Origin: Leucoraja ocellata
Taxonomy: Eukaryota
Direction: 5' to 3'
Length of the DNA stretch: 64,000 nucleotides
Assembly: GCA_036785375.1 (NCBI GenBank)
Contig: JAWMAR010000569.1
Location: 434,001 to 498,000 of the forward strand
The position numbers and the translations under genes are program-made. Of the stretch, positions 61,701 to 64,000 are shown piece by piece; the first letter of the stretch is position 1; each line of letters starts with the position of its first letter. The notes under the pieces are model-generated. The model did no database searches. It saw nothing but the letters and a program-made list of their open reading frames with translations, and had not been told where the DNA came from.

Positions 61701-64000
61701 TCATCTAGACTTCTTTAGACTGTTTAATGCTGTTGGCCAGCAACATAAAGACTTGCTTTAATGCTCCTAGCATTCCTGTTTGCGGTTCCACTGATGTAAA
61801 TGTGCAGCGGCTGTAGTGCCTGGTGGTCAGCCCGCCCCGTAACCATCCGTCCACGCGCTTCACCCGGGGGAGGGGGAGGGTCAGGGCCAGGGCCAGGGCT
61901 GCCCTCCTCAAAGATGTTCCTTCTACAGTTCCTTCCTACTCCTTCCCATTCACAGGACTTGGACCTCCATTCAAGTCTGCAATGGTTAAGGATGATATTT
62001 TATATTGCGACATATTGTTCTTTGAAAACATTTCATGTGACGTACCATGAATAATCAATCCGTAAAAGATATGACGTTTGTAGCATTCGGTATGTGTCAT
62101 GGGATGTACCAAAATGATGGTAATTGACTGAGTTTTAGGGGAAATTTAATGGAAATGCACCTCGAGAATCAGAGAGATGTTTCTGAATGACTCGTTGGAA
62201 AGCAGTTCCTTATTTTCAGCAACAGACTCGGTAAGTGACTTACACACACAGACAATGAACATTTCTCTAATTGGGACGGGAACAGAATCTGGAGATAGGA
62301 TATTTTATATATGCAAAATATATATACAAAAGTAAAGGCTCTGTATGAATGGAAGCAGAGTTTGTAATAAAATAAGTGAACTGATGAAATGATTGGAAAT
62401 GTCCCACTGAGTTACTCCAGCATTTTGTGTCTATATTTGGAAATAAACAGATACAATCTGAAAGCCTTTGAAGAGACATGGTGCAAGGTTGACCATTTCA
62501 TTTCCCAGGATACATTCTGTTGAAGATATTACAAACTTGACTTCCATTGTGTTAAGTCGTTACATTTGTTGGGCTCGGTGTAAATTTAAAATGCAGAACT
62601 CCAAATGACTGTCATTTCCTGCTTCTTCATGGAACTACTGAAATAACCCAGCACATTCAAAAGTATTGAAATGATACTTCCTCAATGCAATGAGATATGA
62701 TAGAACTATTTATCCCAGGAGGGAAATTGATCTGCCAACATTCATAAAACACACAATACATGAAACCAAGTGAAAAGGATTAGGGATGTGAAAAGATCGG
62801 GGAGGGGGGTGAGAGGTGAGGGTCAGACTCACCACTCTCTGTGAGAAAAAGGGTTTCCTCGTCCCCATTCTAAATGGCTTACTCCTTATTCTTAAACTGT
62901 GTGGCCCCTGGTTCTGGACTCCCCCAACATCGGGAACATGTTTCCTGCCTCTAGCGTGTCCAAGCCCTTAACAATCTTACAACAAAACCAATCAATGAGA
63001 AGTTTTTAAAAAAAGTAACTGGAGTATTTCAGTGGGTCTGGCAGCATCTGTGTGTTGGACAGTATTGGATGTTGTCTGACCTGCTGAATTTCTCCAGCAA
63101 TTTGAGTTTTACGATTCCAGCATTTGCAGTCTGTTCTCTGAGAAGATTAATGCCAAATGAACTGCAAGCCAACAAATGTGAAACAACAGAGACATTAAGA
63201 AACAAAGAAACACAAAGTTTTATCAATGCTACTATAAACAGCTTATGATTTTGCGTTCCCAGTGGAGAAGGGAACTGAACTCATTGTTTCTGCACAAGAA
63301 AGGAAGGGGTATTTTGTGTTTATACTTTGCATCTGAACAGACAGCATTTAACAAAAATATTCCCTCCTGCCCACTGGAATCAAAATATTAGTCGTTTAGG
63401 AATATTGAGTTGTTATTTCTAATTGGTTGCATCCCCGTTTGGGTGACTATCATTCATAACCCTAATCCTATGTGATTGTAAGCACCCCCATCAAGATACA
63501 AGATACAAGATACATTTATTTGTCACATGTGCCAGATGGCACAGTGAAATGTGATCACCATACAGCCATGCACTAAAATAAAGAACACAACACGATAGAT
63601 TTAAACATAAAACATCCCCACACAGCAGAATCAAAGGTTTGCCACTGTGAGGGAAGGCATCAAAGCCAGTCTCTTCCTCGATGTTCACCCGTGGTTGGGG
63701 CCTCCAGAGCCCTCCGCAGTCGCTGCTACGGGCAGCCCGCCGCTCAGGCCAACTCGCCGGGATGAGGATTTTGGTCAAATCCCCCCTTAAGTTTCTTCCA
63801 CTCTGGGTCTTAGAACATAGAACAACACCGCACAGGAATGGGCCCTTAGGCCCACCATGTTTATGCCGAACTTGATGCCTAGCTAAACTGATCTCATCTG
63901 CCTGTATTCGATCCTTCTATTCCCTTCACTTCCATGTGCCAATTCAAAAGCCTCTTCAATGTCACTATCGTATCAACCTCCACCACCATCCCTGGCAATG

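Overview
Repeat-rich vertebrate genomic DNA, most likely from a cartilaginous fish such as a skate or ray (inferred from HE1-like SINEs and the CR1/Penelope repeat spectrum). The only host genes are two tandem plus-strand copies of a VCAM-1-like immunoglobulin-superfamily adhesion gene. Copy 2 (27817-37350) can encode a complete ~534-aa protein: signal peptide, D1, D2, D3, two near-identical extra Ig exons, then TM and tail, provided a retroelement-disrupted seventh exon is skipped. Copy 1 (4070-~13310) keeps an intact promoter and exons 1-4, but its downstream Ig exons are disrupted and no TM exon is visible. Flanking homology indicates a tandem segmental duplication whose boundary sits at a Penelope-derived element carrying a hammerhead-ribozyme-like core. 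The rest is transposons and satellites: CR1, L1/Tx1, Rex/Babar, Penelope, a full-length Gypsy with a self-complementary primer-binding site, an ERV remnant, a Tc1, hAT and Harbinger MITEs, a THAP foldback element, three head-to-tail Helitrons and two minisatellites. All calls come from manual reading and recalled family features; no database searches were run.
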